From a virus (Duplodnaviria; Caudoviricetes), in IMG/VR virus record IMGVR_UViG_3300012953_000127, positions 1 through 30,804 of that record: a stretch of 30,804 nt of DNA, one strand, 5' to 3'. Positions 1-8,727 of the stretch are shown one piece after another. Under the pieces are notes generated by a model, which had not been told where the DNA came from, ran no database searches, and was given only the letters and a program-made list of their open reading frames with translations. Numbering within the stretch: the stretch's first letter is position 1; every line of letters starts with the position of its first letter. The position numbers were made by a program, and so were the translations under genes.

Positions 1-1
1 G

Positions 2-484
2 GTCAGAGAGAAAGAGCTTGCAAATCCAACCTACACGTGTTATGATTGGATTGCATTCAACAGCGGGGGCAAGCACGAAATCGACTACATGTGGGTGGGC
101 GATGATTTTGTTAAGGAAATCTGGTTCTACTCATCAGATCGAATGTGCGGCAACTCTCCCGTCAAAGATGCGTGTGTTGTATCAACTCTGACACAAGATC
201 AGTTGTGCGAGTTTGACTACAGTGAAACCATGGCTAGATTCAAAATGATCTCCGAGATGGAGAAAAGAGGAATGAAAGGAAGGCAAAATGGCTACTCAAC
301 AAATGGAAACCCCAAACATTATAAATTTCGCACAACACCGATCTCCAGAACAAAACGCAGAGATCCAGTGGAGATTATATCAAAAGACGATCGGGTATCG
401 CTTCCGAAAGTATCGGAGAGATGTCTGCTTGCGGATCTTAAAGCGTCTTGTGCCACCTACGATAGATTTTTAAGGTATTTGTAG
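2..484 (+). CDS. Hypothetical protein, 5'-truncated by the window edge
   Basis: The frame of ORF 89..484 stays open back to base 2 (VREKELANPTYTCYDWIAFNSGGKHEIDYM...). Its stop overlaps the next start. Confidence 0.75.
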   Translation, partial: VREKELANPTYTCYDWIAFNSGGKHEIDYMWVGDDFVKEIWFYSSDRMCGNSPVKDACVVSTLTQDQLCEFDYSETMARFKMISEMEKRGMKGRQNGYSTNGNPKHYKFRTTPISRTKRRDPVEIISKDDRVSLPKVSERCLLADLKASCATYDRFLRYL

Positions 485-1380
485 TGCCCCAACACATCCA
501 CATGGCCGGCATTATACCTGTTGCCGGCTTACAAACTGATTTTGATCAACGATTACCAGAAGTTATGATGCCTGTTGATGCAGGTTTTTCTGCTATTAAA
601 AAATCAGTTTATGAGTGTGCGATGGTTGGCTGTCAGACGATTTGGATTGTCGCCAACAATGATCTGGCGCCAATTATCAGAAACACTGTAGGGGAATGGA
701 TCTACGATCCAGTTTATTATGAAACAAAAACACTATTTCCATCGGAAAACCGAAAAGAAATACCTATTTATTACGTCCCTGTTCATCCAAACGATCGCGA
801 TAAGCGCGATTCATACGGATGGTCTATTCTTTATGGAGCATACAGTGCATGGTTAATCGCAGCAAAAATATCAAAATGGGTTTTACCAGAAAAGTATTAC
901 GTTTCTTTCCCAATGTCTGCATACGATTTGCCATCTTTGCGTACACATCGATTAGAAATTGCATCACGGGACGCCAACTTTTTTCTTTCTTACGATGGTA
1001 AAACTATCAAAGATGGATTGCCGCTAGCATTTACATTTAATGGAGACGATTTTAAAGCATGCCGAAACCACATAAACCAAACAACCTCTCGGGAATATTT
1101 ACCCCGTTCACCAGACCAAACTTTCCCGACGCAGAAACTGCCATACGACGAGCGATGGTCAGCCCGACACTTCCCGCTGAAGAAGATATTCAAGAAAGTA
1201 TCAGAGAAAAACCAGATCGTAAAAAGCGTTGATTGGTATTACGATATATCTAAATGGGACGACTACAGAGCCTACTTAGGTTCAAAAAATATCATAGAAA
1301 GACCAAAACATCCGTTGACAGTCGCGCACAAACACGCTATAATACCTTATAGGGTCGAGGAAGGCAATGAAGATACTTAA
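484..1380 (+). CDS. Divergent sugar-phosphate nucleotidyltransferase-like (GT-A/NTP_transferase fold) protein
   Basis: N-terminal GIIPVAG...P..MMPV and 'C..IWIV' resemble the RmlA/GalU GIILAGG...K.LLPV pattern. The G-T-R and K residues are not conserved. Confidence 0.55.
   Translation: MPQHIHMAGIIPVAGLQTDFDQRLPEVMMPVDAGFSAIKKSVYECAMVGCQTIWIVANNDLAPIIRNTVGEWIYDPVYYETKTLFPSENRKEIPIYYVPVHPNDRDKRDSYGWSILYGAYSAWLIAAKISKWVLPEKYYVSFPMSAYDLPSLRTHRLEIASRDANFFLSYDGKTIKDGLPLAFTFNGDDFKACRNHINQTTSREYLPRSPDQTFPTQKLPYDERWSARHFPLKKIFKKVSEKNQIVKSVDWYYDISKWDDYRAYLGSKNIIERPKHPLTVAHKHAIIPYRVEEGNEDT
1315..1343 (+). promoter_or_regulatory. Sigma70-type promoter upstream of the membrane-protein/dnaE genes
   Basis: Perfect TTGACA-17bp-TATAAT inside the 3' end of the upstream CDS. 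Confidence 0.85.
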
Positions 1381-1702
1381 AAACCTGTGGCATAGACTCA
1401 CGCACAAGTTGCATCACTTTAAGTGGTCACATATTAAAAGTATTTTAAAAGAACACGGACTTGCATTTTTAATAATCTTCATTGGATGGGAGATTGTTGA
1501 AGACGTTGTGTTTCCTCTAATATTCTTATGGCTTGGCAACAATGTCCACCCAACGTTTCATACAGGAATTATCGCCAGCTTAGTAATGTGCTTCCATCCT
1601 ATCGCTGTCCCCGTTTTGTGGGCAGTTTGGGTTAAAATTTCAAGGAGAAAGAATGAGTCGAAAGACATCGAAGATCAAGTTTGTGGGCCTTCATGCCCAT
1701 AG
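1367..1702 (+). CDS. Small membrane protein (2-3 TM segments)
   Basis: Hydrophobic runs LAFLIIFIGW..VVFPLIFLWL and IIASLVMCFHPIAVPVLWAVW; GAGG SD before the ATG. Confidence 0.7.
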   Translation: MKILKNLWHRLTHKLHHFKWSHIKSILKEHGLAFLIIFIGWEIVEDVVFPLIFLWLGNNVHPTFHTGIIASLVMCFHPIAVPVLWAVWVKISRRKNESKDIEDQVCGPSCP

Positions 1703-4700
1703 TGTAGCAGGTTCTATTTTTGATGCACTGGGATACCCCCAGGCACACATGGATTTTTGCTATAATAATGGAGGGGAGGCATTAGCGCTCACCGATCATG
1801 GAAACATGAACGGGCTAGCGTATCAGGTTCTGCACGCCAAGAAGATGCAGGAAGAGGGCAAGGACTTCAAGCCTATCTATGGTTGCGAAGCGTACTTCAT
1901 CCCGTCTATTGAAGAGTGGCGAGAGGAATACGAGAAGGCGATGGAAGACAAGAAGCGCGCCCGCTCCGTCAAGAAGGACGAGCAGTCAGGCGCCACCATT
2001 GAGGACGCGGGCAGCAGCAAGAAGACGCAAGACATTCTGCGCCGACGCCGACACCTTGTGCTGCTGGCTCAAAACCAGACTGGACTGAACAATCTGTTCA
2101 AGCTGGTGTCGGAGTCCTATCAGTCGGAGAACTTTTATCGCTATCCGCGCATCGACTACAAGCTGCTGAAGAAGTACAACGAGGGCATCATCGCTGCGTC
2201 TGCTTGTCTTGGTGGCGTATACGCTGGGAACTACTGGGAGCATCGAGAGGAAGGCGATGAGGCTGTGCTTAGCGCGATGAGCGAGACAACCGAGAAGATG
2301 GTAGACATCTTTGGCGATCGCTGGTATGCCGAGATTCAATGGAACAACGTGGAAGATCAACACAAGCTCAACCAATACATCATCCAGACCGCACAGAAGC
2401 ACGACGTTAAACTACTCAGCACAGCCGATAGTCACTACCCTGACCCAGAAGCTTGGCGAGATCGTGAACTGTACACTCGCCTAGGTTGGCTTGGCAAGGG
2501 TGGGCTTCCTGCATATATGGAGTCGGAACTGCCCGATGGTGTTGAAGAGGTTGGCTATGAGCTATACCCCAAGAACGGCGACGAAATGTGGGCGAGCTAT
2601 AAGAAGTACGCGACTGAAGGTGGTTTTAAATATGACGATCAGGTTGTTCTAGACAGTATTGAGGAGTCGCACCGTATTGCCTTTGACCGCATTGAAAAGT
2701 TCTTCCCTGACAACACTGTGCGTTTGCCAAGTTTCGTGGTGCCAGCAGGCTTTACAGCGACACAGGCCCTGGTTCAGTATTCTCTTGAGGGATTGAAGGA
2801 GCGAGGCTTCCAAGGTAATCCAGAATATATTCAAAGACTTAAGCACGAGCTAGATGTCATTGACGACCGAGGCTTCTCTAAGTATTTCTTGACTATGAAG
2901 TCTATCGCTGACATAGCCTCTACAATGATGCTGGCTGGTCCCGGTCGTGGTTCTGCGGCTGGCTCGCTGGTGGCTTACGCGCTGGGCATTACACAGGTCG
3001 ATCCTATCAGACACGGGCTACTGTTCTCTCGGTTCCTGCGCTCAGATGCCACAGACTACCCAGACATTGACTATGACATATCTGATAGCATGGCACTGAA
3101 GGAGAAGCTGGTGGAAATGTGGGGTGCCGACTGCGTTGCTCCAATCTCCAACTGGAACACGCTCCAGCTACGCTCGCTCATCAAGGACATCTCAAAGTTC
3201 TATGACGTGCCATTCACGGAGGCTAACACGGTCACATCTGTGATGATCCGAGAGGCTACACCCGAGGCAAAGAAGAAGCACGGCATCAAGGCTGGCATCT
3301 ATGCGCCGACGTGGGAAGAGACAATGGAGTTCTCACCATCACTGCGTGCATACCTAAACAAGTATCCAGCAGTCAGGGCTCACGTTGAGGGTCTTGTCGG
3401 TCAGGTGCGGTCATGCTCACGTCACGCTGGTGGAGTGGTTATCGCAGAGAACCTAGACCAGAGCATGCCACTGATTAACTCCGGTGGTGTACGGCAGGCG
3501 CCGTGGGCAGAAGGACAAAACGTCAGGCACCTTGAGCCGATGGGCTTCATTAAGTTCGATTTGCTGGGCTTGTCTACGTTAAAGATGATGGAAGGTGCAA
3601 TTGAACACATCCTTCGCCGGCATCACGGCATCGAGAACCCAACCTTCGCACAGGTGCGAGAGTATTACGACGAGCACCTACACCCTGACAGGATTGACTT
3701 GGATAACCAAGAGGTATACGAGAATATCTTTCACAAAGGCAAGTGGGCTGGAGTCTTTCAGTTCACAGAGCAGGGAGCGCAAGGGTTTTGTACCAAGGTC
3801 AAGCCACGAAACATTATTGATGTCTCTGCTGTGACCTCTATCTTCCGCCCTGGTCCTCTATCGGCTGGTGTTGACGCAGACTATGTGGAAGCCAAGGAGA
3901 GCCCACACAAGATCTCATATCTATCAGACGAAGCCTGCGAGATCACACAGGAAACATTCGGCTTCCTAATCTTCCAGGAGCAAATCGCACTGCTGGGCCA
4001 CAAACTGGGTGGACTGACGCTTGACGAAGGCAACATGCTACGCAAGGTGCTGACTAAGAAGGGAACCGGCAAGGGCTCTGTAAAGCATAAACTCCACACC
4101 AAGTTCATCAAGGGGTGTGTTGACAAGGGTATAGCCCGTGACGCTGCACAAGACTTGTGGGATAAGTTTGAGTTCTTCTCAGGCTATGGCTTCAACAAGT
4201 CGCATGCTGTGAGCTACTCTATCATCTCGTTCCAGTGTGCGTGGTTGTTGAACTACTACCCTGCGGAGTGGATGGCAGCGTTCCTCGACAAGGAACCCGA
4301 GACTAGAAAGGAAAAGGCAATCAACATCGCCAAGAAGTATGGCTTTAAGATTGCGCCACTCCACATCAATAAGTCAGGCACAGTCTGGGAAATCAGCGAT
4401 GACGGCAAGACAATGATTCAGCCCCTCACGTCTATCAAGGGTTTGGGCATGGCAGCAATCGATCAGATACTTGCGAATCGACCACTCAACAATGCGGAAG
4501 AGTTATTATTCAACGAGAATATCACGTACTCTAAGTTAAACAAGAAGTCTCTAGATGCCTTGTGTCGTGGTGGTGCGCTAGACGATATTATTGACGATCG
4601 GTTCACCGGCAGAAAACATTTTTGGTCTGCCTGTATCGTAGACCGCCCAAAAAATCCCAAGAGATTTTCTGAGAATTTGGAACTTTACCGACCAGAAGGG

Positions 4701-5081
4701 GACTTCAGTGAGGAGGAGATTATCCAGTTCAAGACTGAGCTGACCGGCGTATTCCCTATTAACTTGGTCATCACGCCGGATACAGTCCAGAGACTACAAG
4801 AGAAGTTTGTACCGCCCATCTCTGAGTTTGATCCAGAGCTATGTGTGTGCTGGTTCATACCTCGCAAGATTGTTCCGAGAAAAACAAAGAATGGAAAGAA
4901 CTATTGGATTGTTGAGGTTATCGACAGTAACAACGAACTCACCCGCATCCGGTGCTGGGGTGTCAAGCCCGAGAAGGATCGCATTCACTTAAACCGCCCA
5001 TACATGGCTCGCTTAAAGTACGACGAGAACTGGGGCTTTTCAACCTACGCTGTAGGTAAAACATTCAGACTATTAGGATAA
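1653..5081 (+). CDS. dnaE: DNA polymerase III alpha subunit (family C, DnaE-type)
   Basis: PHP motifs (LHAHS, TDHG, GCEAY, SACL, ADSHY) and polymerase motifs (PGRGSAAGSLVAYALGIT.VDP, PDIDYD, SRHAGGVV, KFDLLGL, YGFNKSHA). AAGGAG SD. Confidence 0.97.
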   Translation: MSRKTSKIKFVGLHAHSVAGSIFDALGYPQAHMDFCYNNGGEALALTDHGNMNGLAYQVLHAKKMQEEGKDFKPIYGCEAYFIPSIEEWREEYEKAMEDKKRARSVKKDEQSGATIEDAGSSKKTQDILRRRRHLVLLAQNQTGLNNLFKLVSESYQSENFYRYPRIDYKLLKKYNEGIIAASACLGGVYAGNYWEHREEGDEAVLSAMSETTEKMVDIFGDRWYAEIQWNNVEDQHKLNQYIIQTAQKHDVKLLSTADSHYPDPEAWRDRELYTRLGWLGKGGLPAYMESELPDGVEEVGYELYPKNGDEMWASYKKYATEGGFKYDDQVVLDSIEESHRIAFDRIEKFFPDNTVRLPSFVVPAGFTATQALVQYSLEGLKERGFQGNPEYIQRLKHELDVIDDRGFSKYFLTMKSIADIASTMMLAGPGRGSAAGSLVAYALGITQVDPIRHGLLFSRFLRSDATDYPDIDYDISDSMALKEKLVEMWGADCVAPISNWNTLQLRSLIKDISKFYDVPFTEANTVTSVMIREATPEAKKKHGIKAGIYAPTWEETMEFSPSLRAYLNKYPAVRAHVEGLVGQVRSCSRHAGGVVIAENLDQSMPLINSGGVRQAPWAEGQNVRHLEPMGFIKFDLLGLSTLKMMEGAIEHILRRHHGIENPTFAQVREYYDEHLHPDRIDLDNQEVYENIFHKGKWAGVFQFTEQGAQGFCTKVKPRNIIDVSAVTSIFRPGPLSAGVDADYVEAKESPHKISYLSDEACEITQETFGFLIFQEQIALLGHKLGGLTLDEGNMLRKVLTKKGTGKGSVKHKLHTKFIKGCVDKGIARDAAQDLWDKFEFFSGYGFNKSHAVSYSIISFQCAWLLNYYPAEWMAAFLDKEPETRKEKAINIAKKYGFKIAPLHINKSGTVWEISDDGKTMIQPLTSIKGLGMAAIDQILANRPLNNAEELLFNENITYSKLNKKSLDALCRGGALDDIIDDRFTGRKHFWSACIVDRPKNPKRFSENLELYRPEGDFSEEEIIQFKTELTGVFPINLVITPDTVQRLQEKFVPPISEFDPELCVCWFIPRKIVPRKTKNGKNYWIVEVIDSNNELTRIRCWGVKPEKDRIHLNRPYMARLKYDENWGFSTYAVGKTFRLLG

Positions 5082-5084
5082 AAA

Positions 5085-5693
5085 ATGAACATTATTTATA
5101 CACCGAGCCCTCTGCTTAAAGAGGTGAAGTTCAGAAGCGAAAACTTGCCCGTGGTCATCCGGGTCAATAAGTTTGATGAGGCTTCTGCAAAAGAGTTTTC
5201 AATCCAAATGATGAAAGCGCAAAATACAGGACAACCAGTTGTGCCTGTTATTATTGATAGTTACGGCGGTCAGGTTTATAGCCTCATGTCCATGATTTCA
5301 GATATTCAACACTCGCGATTGCAGGTCGCCACCATCGTCCAGGGCAAGGCTATGTCGTGTGGTGCTATCTTATTTAGTTTTGGCATTGATGGCATGCGAT
5401 ATATGGATCCAGATGCCACTGTTATGATTCATGATGTAAGTTCGATGGGGTGGGGAAAGGTTGAAGAGATCAAGGCTGATGCAAAAGAAGTCGAAAGATT
5501 GAATCAGAAAGTCTACAAGATGATGGCTGCGAACTGTGGTCATGATGAAGATTATTTTCTTGATATTGTTCATGAAAAGGGCCACGCAGACTGGTTTCTA
5601 GACGCAAAAGAGTGCAAGCGTCATAAGCTCGCAAACAAACTAAAAGTGCCTGAAATGAAGATTGGTGTCAAAGTAGAGTTTGACTTCAAGTAG
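5085..5693 (+). CDS. clpP: ClpP-family serine protease
   Basis: IDSYGG.V, GKAMSCG (Ser), VMIHD (His), ADWFLDAKEC (Asp). Confidence 0.88.
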   Translation: MNIIYTPSPLLKEVKFRSENLPVVIRVNKFDEASAKEFSIQMMKAQNTGQPVVPVIIDSYGGQVYSLMSMISDIQHSRLQVATIVQGKAMSCGAILFSFGIDGMRYMDPDATVMIHDVSSMGWGKVEEIKADAKEVERLNQKVYKMMAANCGHDEDYFLDIVHEKGHADWFLDAKECKRHKLANKLKVPEMKIGVKVEFDFK

Positions 5694-5722
5694 CCCGCGC
5701 TAATTATAGTGGAGGGTTTGAT

Positions 5723-6415
5723 GTGTCGGCATTTCAGAGACAAAAGTGGAAAAGATCTGTTAATGAATATAAGTTCATTAGAGAAGAGTTAAAGATCACT
5801 AAAGCCATCTGTTCTGAAGCCGGCGCCCTTTTTGAAGAGCACTATCACGCCTTCCTCGCAAGGCATAATGTCGATCTTGCAAAGCTCAATCAAGACAACG
5901 CAAAGAAGATCAAAGAGGCATACAATATACAAGACGAGCCTGCTGGCTCTGTACCAATGGTATCGTCCGATTGCACAGAACTGATCCCGTCGATGCAGCC
6001 CGTTGAGAAGACAGAAAAAGTTGAAATGTCGGAAGATGATATTGCATTACATAGTGTTTTCTCAAAATTGTTTAAGAGTATTGCAATTAAAATTCACCCT
6101 GATAAGATTGATCCTTTTAAACATGATTATCATCAAAGACGCAAGATGGAGAAAGATTTTATAAGAGCCAACTCTGCGCTAGAAAACAAAGAATATTTCA
6201 CTTTGATAGAAATTGCAGAAGAGCTTGACATTCCTCTGCCAAAGAACTATAATCAACAGACACGATGGATGAAGAGGCAAGCGCAAGAAGTTAGAGCAGA
6301 AGTTGAAACACAAAGAAGTACGTATAACTATGTTTTCGCACAAGCCGAGACAGATGAACAAAAAGACAACATAGTACGACAGTTCGTTCAACAATTATTT
6401 GGCTTAAATCTATAA
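5723..6415 (+). CDS. J-domain-like (HPD motif) coiled-coil protein
   Basis: KLFKSIAIKIHPDK...DFIRANSA matches J-domain helix II-HPD-helix III. Confidence 0.65.
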   Translation: MSAFQRQKWKRSVNEYKFIREELKITKAICSEAGALFEEHYHAFLARHNVDLAKLNQDNAKKIKEAYNIQDEPAGSVPMVSSDCTELIPSMQPVEKTEKVEMSEDDIALHSVFSKLFKSIAIKIHPDKIDPFKHDYHQRRKMEKDFIRANSALENKEYFTLIEIAEELDIPLPKNYNQQTRWMKRQAQEVRAEVETQRSTYNYVFAQAETDEQKDNIVRQFVQQLFGLNL

Positions 6416-6421
6416 AAACCA

Positions 6422-6450
6422 TTGACAGGGTGTTCAGCCCTTGTTATAAT
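6422..6450 (+). promoter_or_regulatory. Sigma70-type promoter
   Basis: Perfect TTGACA-17bp-TATAAT in the intergenic gap, followed by AAGGAGG SD. Confidence 0.9.
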
Positions 6451-6475
6451 AATAAAGTATCCAAGGAGGGATAAA

Positions 6476-6724
6476 ATGGCTTCAACAAATGAAGAAAGAA
6501 AGCGTTACGTCAAGGAATATATCCGTTCGTTGTCGGCAATTGAAGAGCAAATCGAGCCCTACAAGGAGCAGAAGCGAGAGCTGCGCTCTGAGTTCCGTGA
6601 AAACGGGTGGCTTAATACTGATGAGATCCGAGCCGCTGTCAAGGCATACCGACTCTACAGGGGTAAGGTAAACATCGACGAGGTTGTTGAGAACTTCAAC
6701 ATGTTCTCGGGAGAAGAAGAGTGA
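6476..6724 (+). CDS. GapR/T4 DsbA-like small dsDNA-binding protein
   Basis: Start re-called to the ATG after AAGGAGG. Helical pattern YIRSLSAIEEQI...KRELRSEFRENG.L...IRAAVKAYRL resembles the DUF2312/GapR family. Confidence 0.55.
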   Translation: MASTNEERKRYVKEYIRSLSAIEEQIEPYKEQKRELRSEFRENGWLNTDEIRAAVKAYRLYRGKVNIDEVVENFNMFSGEEE

Positions 6725-7176
6725 TTATCGAGTATACAAAGACACGAGAGGACGCACACAACCCACAACGCGCAAATCCATCGGACGCTGGACTAGATGT
6801 GTTTTACTCTGCGACCGAGCCGCAAGAGATTATTGCGGTGCATCCGAATCAAAGCATGTTGGTGCCGACTGGCTTGCGCTTTGGTGTGCCTCACGGGTAT
6901 ATGCTGGAGGTCAAGAATCGCTCAAGCGTGGCAGCTAAGTTAAACTTGGTAGTTGGCGCTTGCGTGATTGATTCGGGCTACGATGGGGAGGTGTTCATCA
7001 ACGTTCACAACATTGGTCGCGAGAGTCGCGTCATTCAAGACGGCGACAAGATCGCACAATTGGTAATGATGCCAGTTGTGCATTTTCAGCCGCAAGAAAA
7101 CACAGAGGGTACGCTTTATGATTACCCCAAAACAATTAGCAACAGGGGCACAGGAGCCCTAGGGAGTACAGATTGA
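6721..7176 (+). CDS. dut: Trimeric dUTPase
   Basis: Motifs DAGLD, RSS, VIDSGYDGE, KIAQLV, RGTGALGST. Confidence 0.95.
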   Translation: MIIEYTKTREDAHNPQRANPSDAGLDVFYSATEPQEIIAVHPNQSMLVPTGLRFGVPHGYMLEVKNRSSVAAKLNLVVGACVIDSGYDGEVFINVHNIGRESRVIQDGDKIAQLVMMPVVHFQPQENTEGTLYDYPKTISNRGTGALGSTD

Positions 7177-7643
7177 ATAAAGAAACACAGAAAACAATGT
7201 TTAGCTCAAAGACAGGCAACTGGGCAACCCCACAAGAGTTTTTCAATAAGTTAAACTGGCGGTTCGGACCGTTTGATTTGGATCCGTGTGCCTCCCCGCA
7301 CAATACCAAGTGTGCCAATTTCTACACAGAAGCTGAAGACGGGCTATCAAAAGATTGGTCAGGTCACACAACATTTGTTAATCCCCCGTATGGAAGAGGC
7401 ATTGACAAGTGGATTGAAAAAGGCTATAATACTGCTAAAGATGGAGAATCCAGAGTGGTTATGCTGATCCCTGCCCGAACAGATACAAAGTATTGGCACA
7501 ACTATGTGATGAAGGCTAACGAGGTATACTTCCTCAAGGGCCGGCTAAAATTTGGAAATAGCGTCAATAGCGCTCCTTTTCCGTCTGCAATTGTTGTGTT
7601 TGGTGGAACAAATCAGCAAATATTTGGAACAATGAACAGATAA
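7173..7643 (+). CDS. dam: Phage-type DNA N6-adenine methyltransferase (short Dam family)
   Basis: W.TP, DLDPCAS, catalytic NPPY, LIPARTDT.YWH, GRLKF, APFPS. Confidence 0.9.
   Translation: MNKETQKTMFSSKTGNWATPQEFFNKLNWRFGPFDLDPCASPHNTKCANFYTEAEDGLSKDWSGHTTFVNPPYGRGIDKWIEKGYNTAKDGESRVVMLIPARTDTKYWHNYVMKANEVYFLKGRLKFGNSVNSAPFPSAIVVFGGTNQQIFGTMNR
7402..7430 (+). promoter_or_regulatory. Intragenic sigma70-type promoter within the methyltransferase gene
   Basis: Perfect TTGACA-17bp-TATAAT, overlapping codons IDKWIEKGYN. Confidence 0.7.
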
Positions 7644-7653
7644 GGAGAAGCAA

Positions 7654-8052
7654 ATGTCAGTTGAAGTAATAAATTCTGCGATTATGCAGCTAAGAGGAAA
7701 AGCCCAAGAGATCTATGGAGTTATTAAAGATATACACCGCCGTCCATCCGAGGAAGGAGACGCCGATAAGATTATGACCCTATCGCTTAGATTGGCTCAG
7801 ATAGAAGGAGGACTCGTCACACTTGAGCAGTACGCACCAGAGATCGTTAGATCAGTTGAGGTTGAAAAGGCAGCGGTCCAAGCTCAAATAGCAGCCATTG
7901 TAGCCCCCAAGGACCCACCGCAGGAAGAACCAGAGCCAGAAAAAGATCCTATCGGACATGACGAACTTATGAAGCGCTCCCCAACATACAGAAAAGCGAT
8001 GGAAAAGGAAAAAATCAAAGCCGCAGCAAAGAAAAAGAAGGATAAGTCATGA
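7654..8052 (+). CDS. Hypothetical protein
   Basis: ORF with AAGGAG SD; helical, with a basic C-terminus. Confidence 0.75.
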   Translation: MSVEVINSAIMQLRGKAQEIYGVIKDIHRRPSEEGDADKIMTLSLRLAQIEGGLVTLEQYAPEIVRSVEVEKAAVQAQIAAIVAPKDPPQEEPEPEKDPIGHDELMKRSPTYRKAMEKEKIKAAAKKKKDKS

Positions 8053-8324
8053 ATCGAAAGCAGCGCCGCGCCCAGGAGAAGAAGATGGGTAAAGAAAACT
8101 CACAAAAACTTGCCGAAAAAATTTTCCAGTTTGACCAATTACCGGAAGAGTGCTTGGCGTGCCAAAAGGCGTTTGATAAAAATGACAAAGACATGGTAAC
8201 AACTTGGAATGTTGTTGTGCGAGACGAGCAAACAGTAAGACTGTATTGTCCCACATGTTGGGATATGGCTATTAAAGTGGCGCAACAGTATGTTGACGAT
8301 AACAAGGGGGACGAAAATGGTTAG
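8049..8324 (+). CDS. Small zinc-finger-like protein
   Basis: CLAC...CPTC pairs; ATGA overlap with the upstream gene. Confidence 0.7.
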   Translation: MNRKQRRAQEKKMGKENSQKLAEKIFQFDQLPEECLACQKAFDKNDKDMVTTWNVVVRDEQTVRLYCPTCWDMAIKVAQQYVDDNKGDENG

Positions 8325-8727
8325 AAGACTCAGCGCAGGCAGGATGAAAAGATTGTTATTTGATCAAAAAAACAACAATGACGATGCGACATACATTATT
8401 AAGTTCTACAACAACAAGTGTCACTATTGCAGAGAATTGCACCACAAATATATTCAACTATCTGAGTCGGAAGCAAATGAAGACTTGCTTTTTTGCGCAT
8501 TTAATGTTTGGGACGATCCGACCATTGAAAAAATGTTAAATTTCAAAGGCGTTCCTACGATCGGATTAGTGTCTAGAAAAAGAAACAGAGTAACCAGAAT
8601 TGACATAATGGGGGAACCGACTAACCCAGATTCGCTAACATATTATACCAAAGAGCATATACAAAAGTTTCTCGACACTCACAGGTCAGGAGACTATCAG
8701 CCGCTCCAGAAGGGAAAGGCAAAATGA
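8317..8727 (+). CDS. Thioredoxin-fold protein
   Basis: IIKFY...CHYC and GVPT cis-Pro motif. Start re-called after the AAGGGGG SD. Confidence 0.75.
   Translation: MVRRLSAGRMKRLLFDQKNNNDDATYIIKFYNNKCHYCRELHHKYIQLSESEANEDLLFCAFNVWDDPTIEKMLNFKGVPTIGLVSRKRNRVTRIDIMGEPTNPDSLTYYTKEHIQKFLDTHRSGDYQPLQKGKAK

Noticed and set aside
18-46. TTGCAA-17-TATGAT promoter-like sequence
   Set aside because: It lies within an open frame continuing beyond the window and is non-consensus; it cannot be supported.
1653-5081. Intein or intron in dnaE
   Set aside because: Length is normal, motifs are contiguous, and no intein splice-junction or LAGLIDADG blocks were seen.
6422-6475. N-terminal extension of the GapR-like ORF
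   Set aside because: The TTG is the -35 hexamer. The real start follows AAGGAGG at 6476.
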